Counted from the first letter of the stretch, positions 1 to 10,951 are shown. The stretch: DNA of 64,000 nucleotides from an uncultured Thermoleophilia bacterium (GCA_963739595.1 CAVUBA010000031.1:7375-71374); one strand, 5' to 3'. The notes: generated by a model not told the origin, from the letters alone. Program-made: numbers and translations.

Positions 1-651
1 TTCCAGGTGAGGTAGTAGGTCGACGTCGGGACGGCCACGCCGCTGACGCCGTCGTCCTGCATCGTCTTCTGCGCCGGCACGTACACGAGCTGCTGGTAGT
101 AGGCGTCCGGACCGCTGAAGTAGCCGTCGAGGGCGGTGATGTCCTTGACGCCGACCTTCTTGCTGGCGAGGGCGCCGAGCATGGCCGTGCGGAGCAGGCT
201 GAACCCGTTGGCGCGGACCTTCATGCCGGTCGAGAAGACGGTCTGCTCGTCCTTGAGCGTGCCCGGCGGCTCGAGCCGTCGCGGCGCGCACGGCGATCTC
301 CTCCTGCTGGGCGCTGAGCTGGCCGAGCTTGGCGACGAGTTCGTTGCGAGACAGCGCGGTGGGGTCGAGCATGATCGCCGAGACCTGCTTGCCCAGGTTC
401 ACCGAGTCGTCGATGGCGGTGGAGACACCCGTGAAGTAGGTCTCGTAGGTGCCCACCTTGCGGCTGTGCTGGCAGCTGCGCGCCCACCACGCCAGGCCGA
501 AGACGACGATGAAGAGGATGAGCGCCAGGATGATGAGGCGCTGGATGCGGGTGCGGCGGCGGTTGGAGGGTCGGCGACGGGATGAGTGAGCGGAAGGCGG
601 GCCGCCGGTACCTGCCGGCGCGCGGCTCGTCTCGTCGTCGAAGAAATCCAC
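1..651 (-). pseudogene. Hypothetical membrane-anchored protein, C-terminal part cut by the window edge; reading frame changes near 276
   Basis: GTG at 651, Arg-rich N-terminus, then one hydrophobic helix (RLIILALILFIIVVFGLAWW). The GC3-biased coding signal runs to position 1, but only after skipping one base near 276. Absent from the ORF track because no stop lies inside the window. Confidence 0.45.
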
Positions 652-677
652 CCTGCGGACCCCCGTTACTAGGTGGA

Positions 678-764
678 TGGTGGGCGAGGGGGGACTTGAA
701 CCCCCACGAGCGTAAGCTCACTAGACCCTGAACCTAGCGCGTCTGCCAATTCCGCCACTCGCCC
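678..764 (-). tRNA. tRNA-Leu (anticodon CAG), CCA encoded
   Basis: Reverse strand reads GGGCGAG-TG-GCGGAATTGGCAGACGCGC-TAGGT-TCAGGGT-CTAGT-long variable arm-GGGGGTTCAAGTCCCCC-CTCGCCC-A-CCA. This is a cloverleaf with a class II variable arm and is very close to the E. coli tRNA-Leu(CAG) layout. Confidence 0.9.
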
Positions 765-834
765 ACCGGCTCTAACAGGGTTCGGATTGTACCATACCGA
801 ATACCGAGCAAACCTCAGGACGAAGCGAGCCCTC

Positions 835-2541
835 ATGTCCGTCGCAGCACCGAACACCGCACCCTATTTCGCAGACTGGCGCGACCGCTACGAGCTGGTC
901 GGCAAGATCGGCAGCGGCGCGTTCGCGGACGTGTACGAGGCCTACGACGTCACGCTCGACGAGCCCGTCGCGCTCAAGATCGTGCCCGACGGCCGCGCGC
1001 TCAGCGCGCGCATCGTCCGCGAGGTCGAGGCCGCGGCGGCGCTCGACCACCCCAACATCGTCGCGCTCTACGACTGGTTCGCCGACAGCGAGGGCAGCAT
1101 CCTGGTCTGGGAGCTCGTGCGTGGCCAGTCGCTGGACCAGCTCGGTCACGAGCTCGGCGACGGGGACGTGGTCGCCATCGGCGTCGAGATGCTCGACGCG
1201 CTCGCGTACGCGCACAGCCAGGGCATCATCCACCGCGACGTGAAGCCGCAGAACGTCATGCTGGGCGACGACGGCCACGTCAAGGTCATGGACTTCGGCA
1301 TCGCCCACCTCATGGACTCGGACACGCTCACCGGGGACGGCGACGTGATCGGCACGATCGCGTACATGTCGCCGGAGCAGGCGGCCGGACGCCGAGTGCA
1401 GCCGCCCACCGACGTCTACTCGGCCGGCATGGTGCTCTACGAGCTGCTCGCCGGGGCGCACCCGCTGCGCGGGGACACCCCGGCGGAGACGCTCTCCAAC
1501 GTCGCCGGGGCGCGGCTGCCGTCGCTGGCCACGCTCCGGCCGGACCTGCCCGCCGATCTGATCACGCTCGTCGACGCGGCCTGCGCGCCGCGTCCGGCCG
1601 AACGCCCGACGCCGGCCTACCTCAGCGAGGCCTTCGACGACCTGCTGCGCAGCGGCCGCCTGCAGGCGCGGCGCCTCCAGAAGGCGCGCCGCCTCGTCCG
1701 GCCGCTGGGCCGCGCCGCCGAGGTCGCCGAGCGCGCCGGCGGCGCGGCGCTCGCCGCAGTCACCAGCGCCGTCGTGCTCGGCGCGCTGCCGGCCTATCCG
1801 CAGAGCTGGACGCTGCCGCTGGTCGCCGTGAGCGCGGCCGTCTGGGCGGTCGTCCCCGAGGCGGGGCTCGCGTTCCTGCTCGGCTCGCTCGCGTTCCCGC
1901 TCTTCAACGTCTCGCTCAGCGCCGGCGCCGCGTATCTGGCCTTCGCCGTCGCCGTCTTCCTGATCGCGCGCGCGAGGCCGATCACGGCGCTGTGGCCGGC
2001 GTTCGCGCTCGTGCTCACGCCGGCCTACCTGACGCTGCTGGCGCCGGCGGCCGCGGCGCTGCTGGGGCGCATCCGCGGCCCGCTCACCGCCGCCTGGGCC
2101 GGCGCCGGGACCGTGCTCTTCCTGCTGCTCACGCGCGCGCAGCGCGGCCCGTTCACGCTGGAGCAGCCGCGCTGGCCCGTCGGCCGGGACGTCGCCGCCG
2201 CCGGCGACCCGTTCACCGCCGCCGGCCGCCTGCTCGCGCACGCGCTGGCGGCGCCGACGCTTCTGCAGGCCGCCGTCTGGGCGGGCCTGGCGGCGGCCCT
2301 GGGCTACGCCCTGACGCGCCGCCGCCTCGAGCACCGTCTCTGGATCTGGTCGCTCTCGTTCGCCGCCGTGTTCGCGGTGTACCGCATCGTGCCGGTGGTC
2401 GTGTGGCACTATCCCGCGAGCCTGTGGCCGCTCGTGTGGAGTGTGGCCGTGCCCGCTGCCGTGATACTCTTGCCGCTGGTCCTGACCACCGGAGAAGCAC
2501 CGGAGGAAAGCGACGATGGGGATCTTCAGGAAGGCGAATAA
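835..2541 (+). CDS. Ser/Thr protein kinase with polytopic membrane C-terminal domain
   Basis: Hanks kinase motifs (GSGAFADVY, VALK, HRDVKPQNVML, DFGIA, SPEQ) followed by about 300 aa of repeated hydrophobic helices. ATG 835 is preferred over the ORF-track start at 787. The 3' end overlaps the fhaA-like start. Confidence 0.85.
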   Translation: MSVAAPNTAPYFADWRDRYELVGKIGSGAFADVYEAYDVTLDEPVALKIVPDGRALSARIVREVEAAAALDHPNIVALYDWFADSEGSILVWELVRGQSLDQLGHELGDGDVVAIGVEMLDALAYAHSQGIIHRDVKPQNVMLGDDGHVKVMDFGIAHLMDSDTLTGDGDVIGTIAYMSPEQAAGRRVQPPTDVYSAGMVLYELLAGAHPLRGDTPAETLSNVAGARLPSLATLRPDLPADLITLVDAACAPRPAERPTPAYLSEAFDDLLRSGRLQARRLQKARRLVRPLGRAAEVAERAGGAALAAVTSAVVLGALPAYPQSWTLPLVAVSAAVWAVVPEAGLAFLLGSLAFPLFNVSLSAGAAYLAFAVAVFLIARARPITALWPAFALVLTPAYLTLLAPAAAALLGRIRGPLTAAWAGAGTVLFLLLTRAQRGPFTLEQPRWPVGRDVAAAGDPFTAAGRLLAHALAAPTLLQAAVWAGLAAALGYALTRRRLEHRLWIWSLSFAAVFAVYRIVPVVVWHYPASLWPLVWSVAVPAAVILLPLVLTTGEAPEESDDGDLQEGE

Positions 2542-3324
2542 CAAACTCGAAGGCCTGGTCGAGGGCGGCTTCGGGCGCGCGTTCAAGTCGAGCGTGCAGC
2601 CGGTCGAGCTCGCGCACAAGCTGGCGAAGGAGATGGGCGACCACAAGACGGTCGGCGTCTCCAACGTCTACGTGCCCAACGAGTTCGACGTCTACCTCGG
2701 CAAGGACGACTTCGATCACCTGGTCTCGTTCGAGGACTCGCTCAAGACCGAACTGTCCAACTACGTCACGGCGTTCGCGCGCCGCGAGGGCTGGACCCTC
2801 GTCGCGCCGCCGCGCATCGAGCTGCACTGCGACGAGGACCTGCGCCTCGGCGAGTTCGGCATCGCGACGCGCACCATGGGTGCGCCGGTCGAGATGCCCG
2901 GCGACGACGCGTTCGGAGCTCCGGCCGCGCTCGTGCCGCCCGCTGCGGCCGTCGCGCCCGGCCCCGTCATCGACCAGACCGTGCTCTATCAGGAGCGGCC
3001 GTGCCCGCCGCTGCCGCGGCCGCCGCTGCCCCGCGCGCCTCGTCTGCGCGCGGCGTCCTGCGCGGCCGCCAGGGCGACTACCAGCTCACGGAGGCGGTCA
3101 CGGTGATCGGCCGCAGCCGGCGCTGCGGCATCGTCCTCACCGACCCCAACGTCTCGCGGCAACACGCCGAGATCCGCAAGCAGGACGACGGCTTCATGCT
3201 GCTGGACCTCGGCTCCACCAACGGCACGCGCGTCAATCGCCGCGACGTCAAGCAGGTCGTGCTGCAGCACGGAGACCGCATCGAGCTCGGCACCACCGAG
3301 CTTCTGTTCGAGAGGCAGCCCTGA
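2516..3324 (+). CDS. fhaA: FhaA-like protein; the DUF3662-type N-domain (2516 to about 2995) and the FHA domain (3001-3324) lie in different frames, so this is either one gene with a 1-nt frame error or two adjacent genes
   Basis: The N-terminus MGIFRKANNKLEGLVEGGFGRAFKSSVQPVELAHKL is typical of the FhaA N-domain. The C-terminal piece has FHA motifs (VIGRS...NVSRQHAEI...LLDLGSTNGTRVN). Synteny with fhaB-pstP-rodA-pbpA-pknB supports the call. Confidence 0.75.
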
Positions 3325-3387
3325 CCGGGAGGCCCGGGTGACCACGGCGCCGGCGAGCCGTAGCGGCGCGCGGCGCGGGAGAGTCGC

Positions 3388-3937
3388 ATGATCGACATCG
3401 TCCTGCTCGTCCTCAAGATCGGCATCCTCGTCCTGCTCTACCTGTTCATCTGGCAGGTCGTGAAGACCGCCGTGCGGAGCGTGCGCGGCGGCGGCGCGGC
3501 CGCTCCGTCCGCCGCCCCCGACGTGGTCCTGCCGGCCGGTGACAGACTCGCGCCGACCTTCACGCCGGCCGAGCGCGAGCAGCGCCGCGAGGATCGCGAC
3601 GTCGAGCGCACCATGGACGGCCAGAAGATGGACTTCTCGGCGCACATCAACCCGCGCCTCGTCGTCGAAGAGAGCACCGATCATCCCGCCCGGCGTCATC
3701 TTCCCGCTCGAGGGCTGGATCACCGTGGGCCGCGCCGCCACCAGCGACATCGTGCTCGACGAGCAGTTCGTCTCGACCACCCACGCGCGCCTGGTCCCGC
3801 GCGGCCAGTTCTACTTCGTCGAGGACCTCGGCAGCACCAACGGCACCTTCCTCAACGAGAAGCAAGTGACGGACGCGCAGCTGAGGATGGACAGCCGGCT
3901 GCGCATCGGCGAGACCACGTTCCGCTACGAGGAGTGA
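3388..3937 (+). pseudogene. fhaB: FhaB/FipA-like protein (N-terminal TM helix plus C-terminal FHA domain); frame disrupted near 3673
   Basis: MIDIVLLVLKIGILVLLYLFIW TM helix in frame 1 and an FHA domain (ITVGRAATSDIVLDEQFVSTTHARL...VEDLGSTNGTFLN) in frame 2. The two join cleanly if one base (the a at 3673) is removed. Confidence 0.75.
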
Positions 3938-3944
3938 ACGCCGG

Positions 3945-5162
3945 GTGACGCTCGTCGCCAGACACGGCGCCCTCACGGACATCGGGCTCCACCGCAAGAC
4001 CAACGAGGACTCCTTCGTCGTCCAGCCGCCGCTGTACGCCGTCTGCGACGGCATGGGCGGCGCCAACGCCGGCGAGGTCGCCAGCGGGCTCGCCGCCGAG
4101 ACGCTCGCCGCCGAGGTGGCCAAGGGGACGCCGCTGCATGCGGCCGCCGAGGCCGCCAACGCCGCCGTCTTCGAGCGCGCCCACGACAACGTCGAGCAGG
4201 CCGGGATGGGCACGACGCTCACGGCCTTCGTGCTCGAGGGCGGTACCGCCCGCTTCGCCCACATCGGCGACAGCCGCGCCTACCTGCTGCGCGACGGCGA
4301 GCTGCGGCAGGTCAGCGACGACCACTCGCTCGTCGGTGAGATGATGCGTGACGGCCGCCTGACCGAAGAAGAGGCGGCCGTCCACCCGCATCGCAGCATC
4401 CTGAGCCGCGCCCTCGGCACCGAGCCGCAGGCGCGCATCGACGAGTTCACCGAGGACCTGCTGCCGGGCGACGTGCTGCTGCTGTGCAGCGACGGCCTCA
4501 GCGGCCCGGTCGGCGCCGACGCCATCCGCGTCGCGCTCACGCGCAGCGACCCGCAGCAGGCCGCCGAGCGTCTGATCCTGGAAGCTCGGCGGCAGGGCGG
4601 CCCCGACAACATCACCGCCGTGGTGGTGCGCGTCGACGAGGGTCCGCACGGCGCCGAAGAAGACGAGACCACGCTGGTCCGGCCGGCCGATCCCGAGGCC
4701 GACGAGGCGACCGGCGAGCTGCCGTTCGTCGTGGCCTCCGGCGAGCCTGACGACGCCGAGCCCGAGATCGACGCCGCGGACGCACTCGCCCGGCTCCGCG
4801 CAGAGCAGGACGGTGAGGGCGGCCCGCCGGACCCGGTGGCCCTGGCGGCACGCCGGCGCAAGCGCTCCGTGCGCCGCCTCAGCGTCGTCGCCGGCCTGCT
4901 GGTCGTGCTCGTCGTCGCCCTCGCGGCCGGCGCCTTCTTCCTCAGCACCGTGTTCTTCGTCGGCGTCGACGGCGGCACGCTGGCCATCTACAGCGGCGTG
5001 CCGGGCAAGATCGGCCCCGTCCCGCTCCACGCCGTGTACCGGCGCAGCGTCGTCCACTACGACGCACTCTCTCCGGCCGCGCGCTCACTCGTCGACGAGC
5101 AACAGCTGCGCGACCGTGAGTCCGCGCTGTCACTCTCCAGGATGCTGGGGATGTGGCCGTGA
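3945..5162 (+). CDS. pstP: PP2C-family Ser/Thr phosphatase with C-terminal TM anchor
   Basis: PP2C motifs (TDIGLHRKTNEDSF, CDGMGG, GMGTT, SDGL) plus a hydrophobic helix near the C-terminus. Position is conserved between fhaB and rodA. Confidence 0.9.
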   Translation: MTLVARHGALTDIGLHRKTNEDSFVVQPPLYAVCDGMGGANAGEVASGLAAETLAAEVAKGTPLHAAAEAANAAVFERAHDNVEQAGMGTTLTAFVLEGGTARFAHIGDSRAYLLRDGELRQVSDDHSLVGEMMRDGRLTEEEAAVHPHRSILSRALGTEPQARIDEFTEDLLPGDVLLLCSDGLSGPVGADAIRVALTRSDPQQAAERLILEARRQGGPDNITAVVVRVDEGPHGAEEDETTLVRPADPEADEATGELPFVVASGEPDDAEPEIDAADALARLRAEQDGEGGPPDPVALAARRRKRSVRRLSVVAGLLVVLVVALAAGAFFLSTVFFVGVDGGTLAIYSGVPGKIGPVPLHAVYRRSVVHYDALSPAARSLVDEQQLRDRESALSLSRMLGMWP

Positions 5163-6481
5163 GCCGGCGCAACCTGGAACTGGTGTTCCTCATCCTCGCC
5201 GGCGCGGTGAGCACGATGGCCTACGTGTCGGTGTACGCGGGCCGCTTCCGCGAGATCAACCGCGCCTCGATCATCTACGGGCTGATCTTCGTCGGCATCT
5301 TCGTGCTGCTGCACCTGCTCGAGCGCATCTTCCTGCCGCAGGCCGACCCGTTCCTGCTGCCCATCACCGCGTTGCTGGCCGCCATCGGCCTCACCGAGAT
5401 CTTCCGCATCAAGCCCGCGCTGGCGCTCCTGCAGGGGCAGTGGCTGCTGGCCGGCGCGGCGCTCTTCATCCTCACGGTGCTCATCGTGCGCGACCACATG
5501 AAGCTCGACCGCTACCGGTACCTCATCGGCGCCGTCGGGCTCGCGCTGCTCGTCGTCACCATCGTGATCGGGACGACGGTCAACGGCGCCAAGCTCTGGA
5601 TCCACGCGTTCGGCTTCAGCATCCAGCCGTCGGAGTTCGCCAAGCTCGCGATCGTGATCTTCCTGGCCGGCTACCTGGACGACAAGAAGGTCATGCTCTC
5701 CGTGCCGCAGCGGCACGTGCTCGGCGTGCCCGTGCCGGCGTTCAAGTACTTCGGGCCTCTGCTCGTGATGTGGGTGCTGTCGCTCGCCATGCTGGTCTTC
5801 ATGAAGGACTTCGGCATGGCGCTGCTCTTCATGTCGATCTTCGTCGCGCTCATGTACATGGCCACGGCGCGGGCCGTCTACGTGGCCGCCGGCGTGGGGC
5901 TCTTCGCCGTCGCCGGCGCCATCGCCGTCTACGTCGTCCCGCACGTTCAGGACCGCTTCGCGGTCTGGCTCGATCCGTGGCCGTACGCGTCGACCACCGG
6001 CTACCAGTTGCTCCAGTCGCTGTTCACCATCGCCGACGGCGGCATCGTCGGCGCCGGCTTCGGGCGCGGCTACCTGCTCTACGCCAACCACCAGCCGGTG
6101 GTCCCCGACCTGCAGACCGACTTCATCTTCACGGCCATCGCCAATGAGATGGGGCTGCTCGGCGCCGTAGGTGTCGTCCTCGTCTACCTTCTCTTCGTGT
6201 GGCGCGGCTTCCGCATCGCGGTGTACGCGCCGGACGGCTTCTCCAAGCTCCTGGCGGCGGGTCTGGCGACGGCGTTCGCCGTCCAGTCCTTCATCATCAT
6301 CGGCGGCGTCACTCGGCTGATCCCGCTCACCGGCGTCACGCTCCCCTTCGTGAGCTACGGCGGCAGCTCCATCACGGCGAACCTGATCCTCGTCGCGCTC
6401 CTGCTCATGGTGTCCAACCGGACGAACATCATCCGGGGCGGGTCAGACCTCGAGCGCCGGCATCTGGCGGAGAAGGGCTAG
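5153..6481 (+). CDS. rodA: SEDS-family peptidoglycan polymerase (FtsW/RodA)
   Basis: Polytopic protein with SEDS motifs (QPSEFAKL, TDFIF, LPFVSYGGSS), sitting upstream of the pbpA-like gene. Confidence 0.9.
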   Translation: MAVSRRNLELVFLILAGAVSTMAYVSVYAGRFREINRASIIYGLIFVGIFVLLHLLERIFLPQADPFLLPITALLAAIGLTEIFRIKPALALLQGQWLLAGAALFILTVLIVRDHMKLDRYRYLIGAVGLALLVVTIVIGTTVNGAKLWIHAFGFSIQPSEFAKLAIVIFLAGYLDDKKVMLSVPQRHVLGVPVPAFKYFGPLLVMWVLSLAMLVFMKDFGMALLFMSIFVALMYMATARAVYVAAGVGLFAVAGAIAVYVVPHVQDRFAVWLDPWPYASTTGYQLLQSLFTIADGGIVGAGFGRGYLLYANHQPVVPDLQTDFIFTAIANEMGLLGAVGVVLVYLLFVWRGFRIAVYAPDGFSKLLAAGLATAFAVQSFIIIGGVTRLIPLTGVTLPFVSYGGSSITANLILVALLLMVSNRTNIIRGGSDLERRHLAEKG

Positions 6482-6485
6482 GCCG

Positions 6486-7925
6486 ATGAACAAAGCCATG
6501 TCCAGGGTGTTCATCGTCGCGGTCGTGCTCTTCGTCGCGCTGGTCGTCAACCTCACGTGGATCATGGTCGTGCGCGCGCAGTGGTTCCAGGACCGCCCCG
6601 AGAACAAGCGCAGCATCGCCAAGGAGATGAAGATCAAGCGCGGCGACATCGTCGCCTACGACGGATCGGTGATCGCCGGCACGGAGCGCCGCTCCGGCTA
6701 CTACTACCGCGACTACCCCAGCGGGACGTTCGCCCCGCAGCTCATCGGCTACGACTCCCTGCAGTACGGGCGCAGCGGCATCGAGTCGCAGCTCAACGAC
6801 CAGCTCACCGGCCAGGCGAGCGATCTCGGCGTGCAGAACTGGGTGGACAAGCTGCTCGGGCGCCGGCCCACGGGCGCGAACGTCAAGCTCACCCTCGTGC
6901 CGGCGGTGCAGAAGGTCGCCCAGCAGCAGCTTCAGGGCAAGAGGGGCGCGATCGTCGTGCTCGACCCGAAGACGGGCGCGCTCATCGCTTCGGCGTCGGC
7001 GCCGACGTACGATCCGGGCCATCTCGATGATCGCTGGGCGACGCTCAGCAAGGACCCCACGGCGCCGCTGCTCAACCGGCCGACCCAGGGCCTCTACGTG
7101 CCCGGCTCGGCGTTCAAGGTCGTCACCGCCTCGGCGGGGCTCGACGACGGCACGGTCACGCCCGAGACGCAGTTCGTCGACACGGGCACCTACGTGGTCT
7201 TCGGCGGCAAGGTCACCAACTACGGCGGGGAGGTCTACGGCCCCAACAACTTCACCTTCGCGCTCACCGCTTCGATCAACACGACCTTCGCCAAGGTCGG
7301 CAACACGCTCGGGCGCAAACGGCTCATCACGGGCGCGCAGCAGTACGGCTTCTACAAGACGCCGCCGCTGCCGCTGCCGGCCGGCGAGGTCGTGCCCAGC
7401 GGCCGGTACGGCAAGAACGGCCTGCTCTCGCCGGACGCGTTCATGGACCCGCTCGACGTCGCCTGGGCGGCCTGCGGGCAGGAGAAGCTGCTCGCCACGC
7501 CGCTGCAGATGGCGCTCGTGGCCGGCGGCGTGGCCAACGGCGGCCGCGTCATGAAGCCCTACTACACGCAGGAGATCGTCACGCCGGACGGCCAGGTCGT
7601 GAGCAAGGCGCAGCCGGAGCAGTGGCTCGTGGCGACCAAGGCGCTGACCGCGAGCCAGCTGAACACGATGATGCAGAACGTCGTCAACGCGGGCACGGGG
7701 ACGCAGGCCGCGCTGGAAGGCATCCAGGTGGCCGGCAAGACCGGCACGGCGGAGAAGGGCGACGGCACCAACCTCGCCTGGTTCATCGGGTTCGCACCGG
7801 CGAACGACCCGCAGGTGGCTTTCGCCATCGTCATCGAGGACACGCAGTCGACCGGCGGCGAGGCGGCTGCGCCGATCGCCGCCGCGATCATCAAGACGGC
7901 GCTGGCGCAGCCCGCCCTGCCCTGA
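6486..7925 (+). CDS. pbpA: Class B penicillin-binding protein (transpeptidase)
   Basis: N-terminal TM helix and transpeptidase motifs SAFK, SIN and KTGTA. Confidence 0.9.
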   Translation: MNKAMSRVFIVAVVLFVALVVNLTWIMVVRAQWFQDRPENKRSIAKEMKIKRGDIVAYDGSVIAGTERRSGYYYRDYPSGTFAPQLIGYDSLQYGRSGIESQLNDQLTGQASDLGVQNWVDKLLGRRPTGANVKLTLVPAVQKVAQQQLQGKRGAIVVLDPKTGALIASASAPTYDPGHLDDRWATLSKDPTAPLLNRPTQGLYVPGSAFKVVTASAGLDDGTVTPETQFVDTGTYVVFGGKVTNYGGEVYGPNNFTFALTASINTTFAKVGNTLGRKRLITGAQQYGFYKTPPLPLPAGEVVPSGRYGKNGLLSPDAFMDPLDVAWAACGQEKLLATPLQMALVAGGVANGGRVMKPYYTQEIVTPDGQVVSKAQPEQWLVATKALTASQLNTMMQNVVNAGTGTQAALEGIQVAGKTGTAEKGDGTNLAWFIGFAPANDPQVAFAIVIEDTQSTGGEAAAPIAAAIIKTALAQPALP

Positions 7926-7986
7926 TGGGCAGGGACGGTGCGCCCGTGGTCGTAAGCATGAAGCAGAAGGAGAGAGGCAGGCGGAT

Positions 7987-9865
7987 GTGAGCGACGTGTT
8001 CCAGCCAGAACAGGTTGTCGGCGGCCGGTACCGCGTGGTGCGCAAGCTCGGCGGCGGCGGCATGGCCGACGTGTACCTGTGCGAGGACCTCACCCTCGGC
8101 CGCAACGTCGCCATCAAGGTGCTGCTCCAGCGCTATCTCAACGACCCCACCTTCGTGGAGCGCTTCCGCCGCGAGGCCAAGGCGGCCGCGGGGCTCAACC
8201 AGCAGAACCTGGTGAGCATCTACGACTGGGGAGAGGTCGACGGCACGTACTACATCGCCATGGAGTACGTGGAGGGCGAGACGCTCAAGGACCTCATCCG
8301 TCGTCGCGGCCGGCTGAGCGGCAACGAGTCGGTGGCGGTCACGCTGCAACTCCTCGCCGCGGTCGACTTCGCCCATCGCAGCGGCATCGTGCACCGCGAC
8401 ATCAAGCCGCAGAACATCATGATCGACCCCCACGGGACCGCCAAGGTCATGGACTTCGGCATCGCGCGCGCCGGCGACTCCGGGATGACGGAGGCCGGCT
8501 CGATCCTCGGGACCGCCCAGTACCTCGCTCCCGAGCAGGCCAAGGGCTACCCGGTCGACGAGCGCTCCGACCTGTACTCGGTCGGCGTCTGCCTCTACGA
8601 GATGCTCACCGGCACCGTGCCGTTCAAGGGCGACAGCGCCGTCACTGTGGCGCTCAAGCACGTCAACGAGGTGCCGGTGGAGCCGTCCGTGCTGGTGCCG
8701 GGCATGCCGTACGCCCTCAACCAGATCGTGCTCAAGGCGATGGCCAAGGACCCGGCCGACCGCTACCAGTCGGCGGCCGAGTTCGCGCGCGACCTGCGCG
8801 CCGCCAAGGAAGGCGGCCCCATACAGGCGGCCGCCTTCGACGCCGGCGGCGAGCGGACGCGCGTGATGGCCGCGGCCGGCCTGGACGCGGCCGGCACCAC
8901 CTCCGTGCTCGACCAGCCGATGCCGCCGCGGCGCAAGAAGTCGAAGTGGCCGCTCGTGCTCGTGATCATCCTCCTGCTGATCATCGCCGCCGTGGCCGCC
9001 GCACTGTGGTGGACGATGAGCGGCAGCCAGTCCGCCGTGCCCAGCGTGGTCGGCCTGAGCAAGGCCGCAGCCGTCAAGGCTCTGGAGAATGGCGGCTTCA
9101 AGGCCGGCGTGCAGGAGGAGTTCTCCGACCGCGTCGCCTCCGGCTTCGTGAGCCGTCAGGCGCCCACCGGCGGCACCAAGATGCGCGAGGGCGCCACCGT
9201 CGACATCTGGGTGAGCAAGGGGAGCCAGAAGGCCCCTCCGCTGCCCGACTTCAGGGGCTGGACGGCGACGGCCGTGGACGACTGGCTGACCAGGAACGAC
9301 CTGGTGGGCGATCCGCAGACCGGCAAGTCGACGACGGTCGCCTCGGGCCAGGTGTACAAGCAGGATCCGGCGGCGGGCACTGAGGTCAACCGCGGCGACA
9401 CCGTCACCTACTGGGTGAGCAGCGGCAAGCCGCAGGCGACGGTGCCCGACCTGAGCAACCTTTCGCAAGCGGACGCCGAGACGGCGATCGCGGGCGCCGG
9501 GCTCAAGCTCGGGACCGTCACGCCAGACCACGAGCACGACGGTCCCGGCAGGGCTGGTGATCAGCCAGGACCCGACCGCGGGCACGAAGGTCGACAAGGG
9601 CTCGACGGTGAGCTTCGTCGTCTCGACCGGCTCGCCGTCGCCGAGCCCCTCGCCGTCGTCCACGGCGGCCGGCGTCGCCGTGCCCAACGTCTACGGCATG
9701 CAGTCCACGGCCGCGGCGTCGCAGCTCAGCGCGGCCGGGCTCACCGTGGCGTTCCGCCAGAAGAACAACACCGGCCAGGAACCCGGCACGGTGGTCAAGA
9801 TCAAGCCCGACGCCGGCACGGTCGTCCCGGCGGGATCGACGGTGCTGCTCGTCATCGCGTCGTAG
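7987..9865 (+). pseudogene. pknB: PASTA-domain Ser/Thr kinase PknB; frame disrupted near 9525
   Basis: Kinase motifs (HRDIKPQNIMI, DFGIA, APEQ), a TM helix and PASTA repeats. The last PASTA repeats (LVISQDPTAGTKVDKGSTVSFVVS ... VVKIKPDAGTVVPAGSTVLLVIAS) continue in the +1 frame (ORF 9557-9865). Confidence 0.85.
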
Positions 9866-9866
9866 C

Positions 9867-10859
9867 TTACGAAACGTAGACGAACACGTAGACCAGGTAG
9901 GCGAAGTACACAGAGCCGGCGCCGCCGAGCGACCACCAGGTCAGCGTGTGCCTCACTCTCAGCGTCACGTAGAACACCGTCCCGCTGAACAGCGCCAGCA
10001 CGCCAGCCACCAGCGCCGGGGTGGTGAGCTGCCAGGTCGCGAAGATGAGCCCGACCGACACGGGGAAGGTGCTCTGGAACACCATCGCGCCCGTGATGTT
10101 GCCCAGCGCCAGCGTGTCCTTGCGTGAGCGGATCCAGAGCACGGAGTTGAACTTCTCGGGCAGTTCGGTGGCGATCGGCGTGATGAGCAGCGACATGATC
10201 AGCGGCGCGGCACCCAGGGTCTCGCTGAGCACCTGCACCTCCTTCACGAAGATCTCGGCGCCGAGGATGATGCCCAGGGTGGCGACGCCGATCTGCAGGA
10301 AGATCCGGTACGTGTGGGGCATCTCCGGGTCGCGGTGGAAGTACAGCGGCTTGGTGTCCTCGCCGAGGTCGCCCTCCGCGTGGAGCGTCTCCCACACGTA
10401 GTAGCAGTAGAAGATCATCAGGCCGGCGGCGAGGCCGTAGTGCAGCGCGCGCACGTGGATGACCCCGGCGAGCATGGCCAGGGCGTAGGCGATGAGGAAG
10501 TGGCTGAGGTCGCGGCGCATCACGCCCTCGTTGATGGTGACCGCCAGCGGGCGCCGGCCGCGCCAGTGGAAGATCACGACGGCGGCGGCCGTGACCACCA
10601 TGGCGAGGCTGGCCAGCATGAAGGGCGCGCCCAGGATCGCGCCGATCCCGACCTGCTCGGCCGCGGCGCCGCCCGTGAAGACGATGGCGATGATCGGCAC
10701 CAGCGTCTCCGGCAGCGCCGTGCCTACGGCGGCGAGGATGCTGCCTACGGCCCCTTCGCCGAGCTCGTACCGGCGGCCGAACCACTCCACGCCGTTGGTG
10801 AAGAGTTCGGCGGACGCGAGGATGATCGCGAGCGCGAGGATGAGGAGCGCGACGGACAT
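9867..10859 (-). CDS. Sodium/calcium exchanger (CaCA) family membrane protein
   Basis: Two internal repeats carrying alpha-repeat-like motifs (GSILAAVGTALPE and LLITPIATELPEKF); polytopic. Confidence 0.75.
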   Translation of the reverse strand: MSVALLILALAIILASAELFTNGVEWFGRRYELGEGAVGSILAAVGTALPETLVPIIAIVFTGGAAAEQVGIGAILGAPFMLASLAMVVTAAAVVIFHWRGRRPLAVTINEGVMRRDLSHFLIAYALAMLAGVIHVRALHYGLAAGLMIFYCYYVWETLHAEGDLGEDTKPLYFHRDPEMPHTYRIFLQIGVATLGIILGAEIFVKEVQVLSETLGAAPLIMSLLITPIATELPEKFNSVLWIRSRKDTLALGNITGAMVFQSTFPVSVGLIFATWQLTTPALVAGVLALFSGTVFYVTLRVRHTLTWWSLGGAGSVYFAYLVYVFVYVS

Positions 10860-10951
10860 ACGGCGGCAAGGATAGCAGAAGGGGCGGGCCGCCCTTCGGC
10901 GGCCCGCCCCTTCGTCAGAACATGGCGCTCTGTGCGTTCAGGCGACGGGTC

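Noticed and set aside
766-790. The sequence CTCTAAC (possible CUA-anticodon loop, i.e. tRNA-Pyl-like) next to tRNA-Leu, plus a general search for pylT in the window
   Set aside because: The flanking bases cannot form an anticodon stem and no acceptor or T arm can be drawn. I found no other CTCTAAA-type loop by eye in the intergenic regions. A proper tRNA or covariance scan of the whole genome is still needed.
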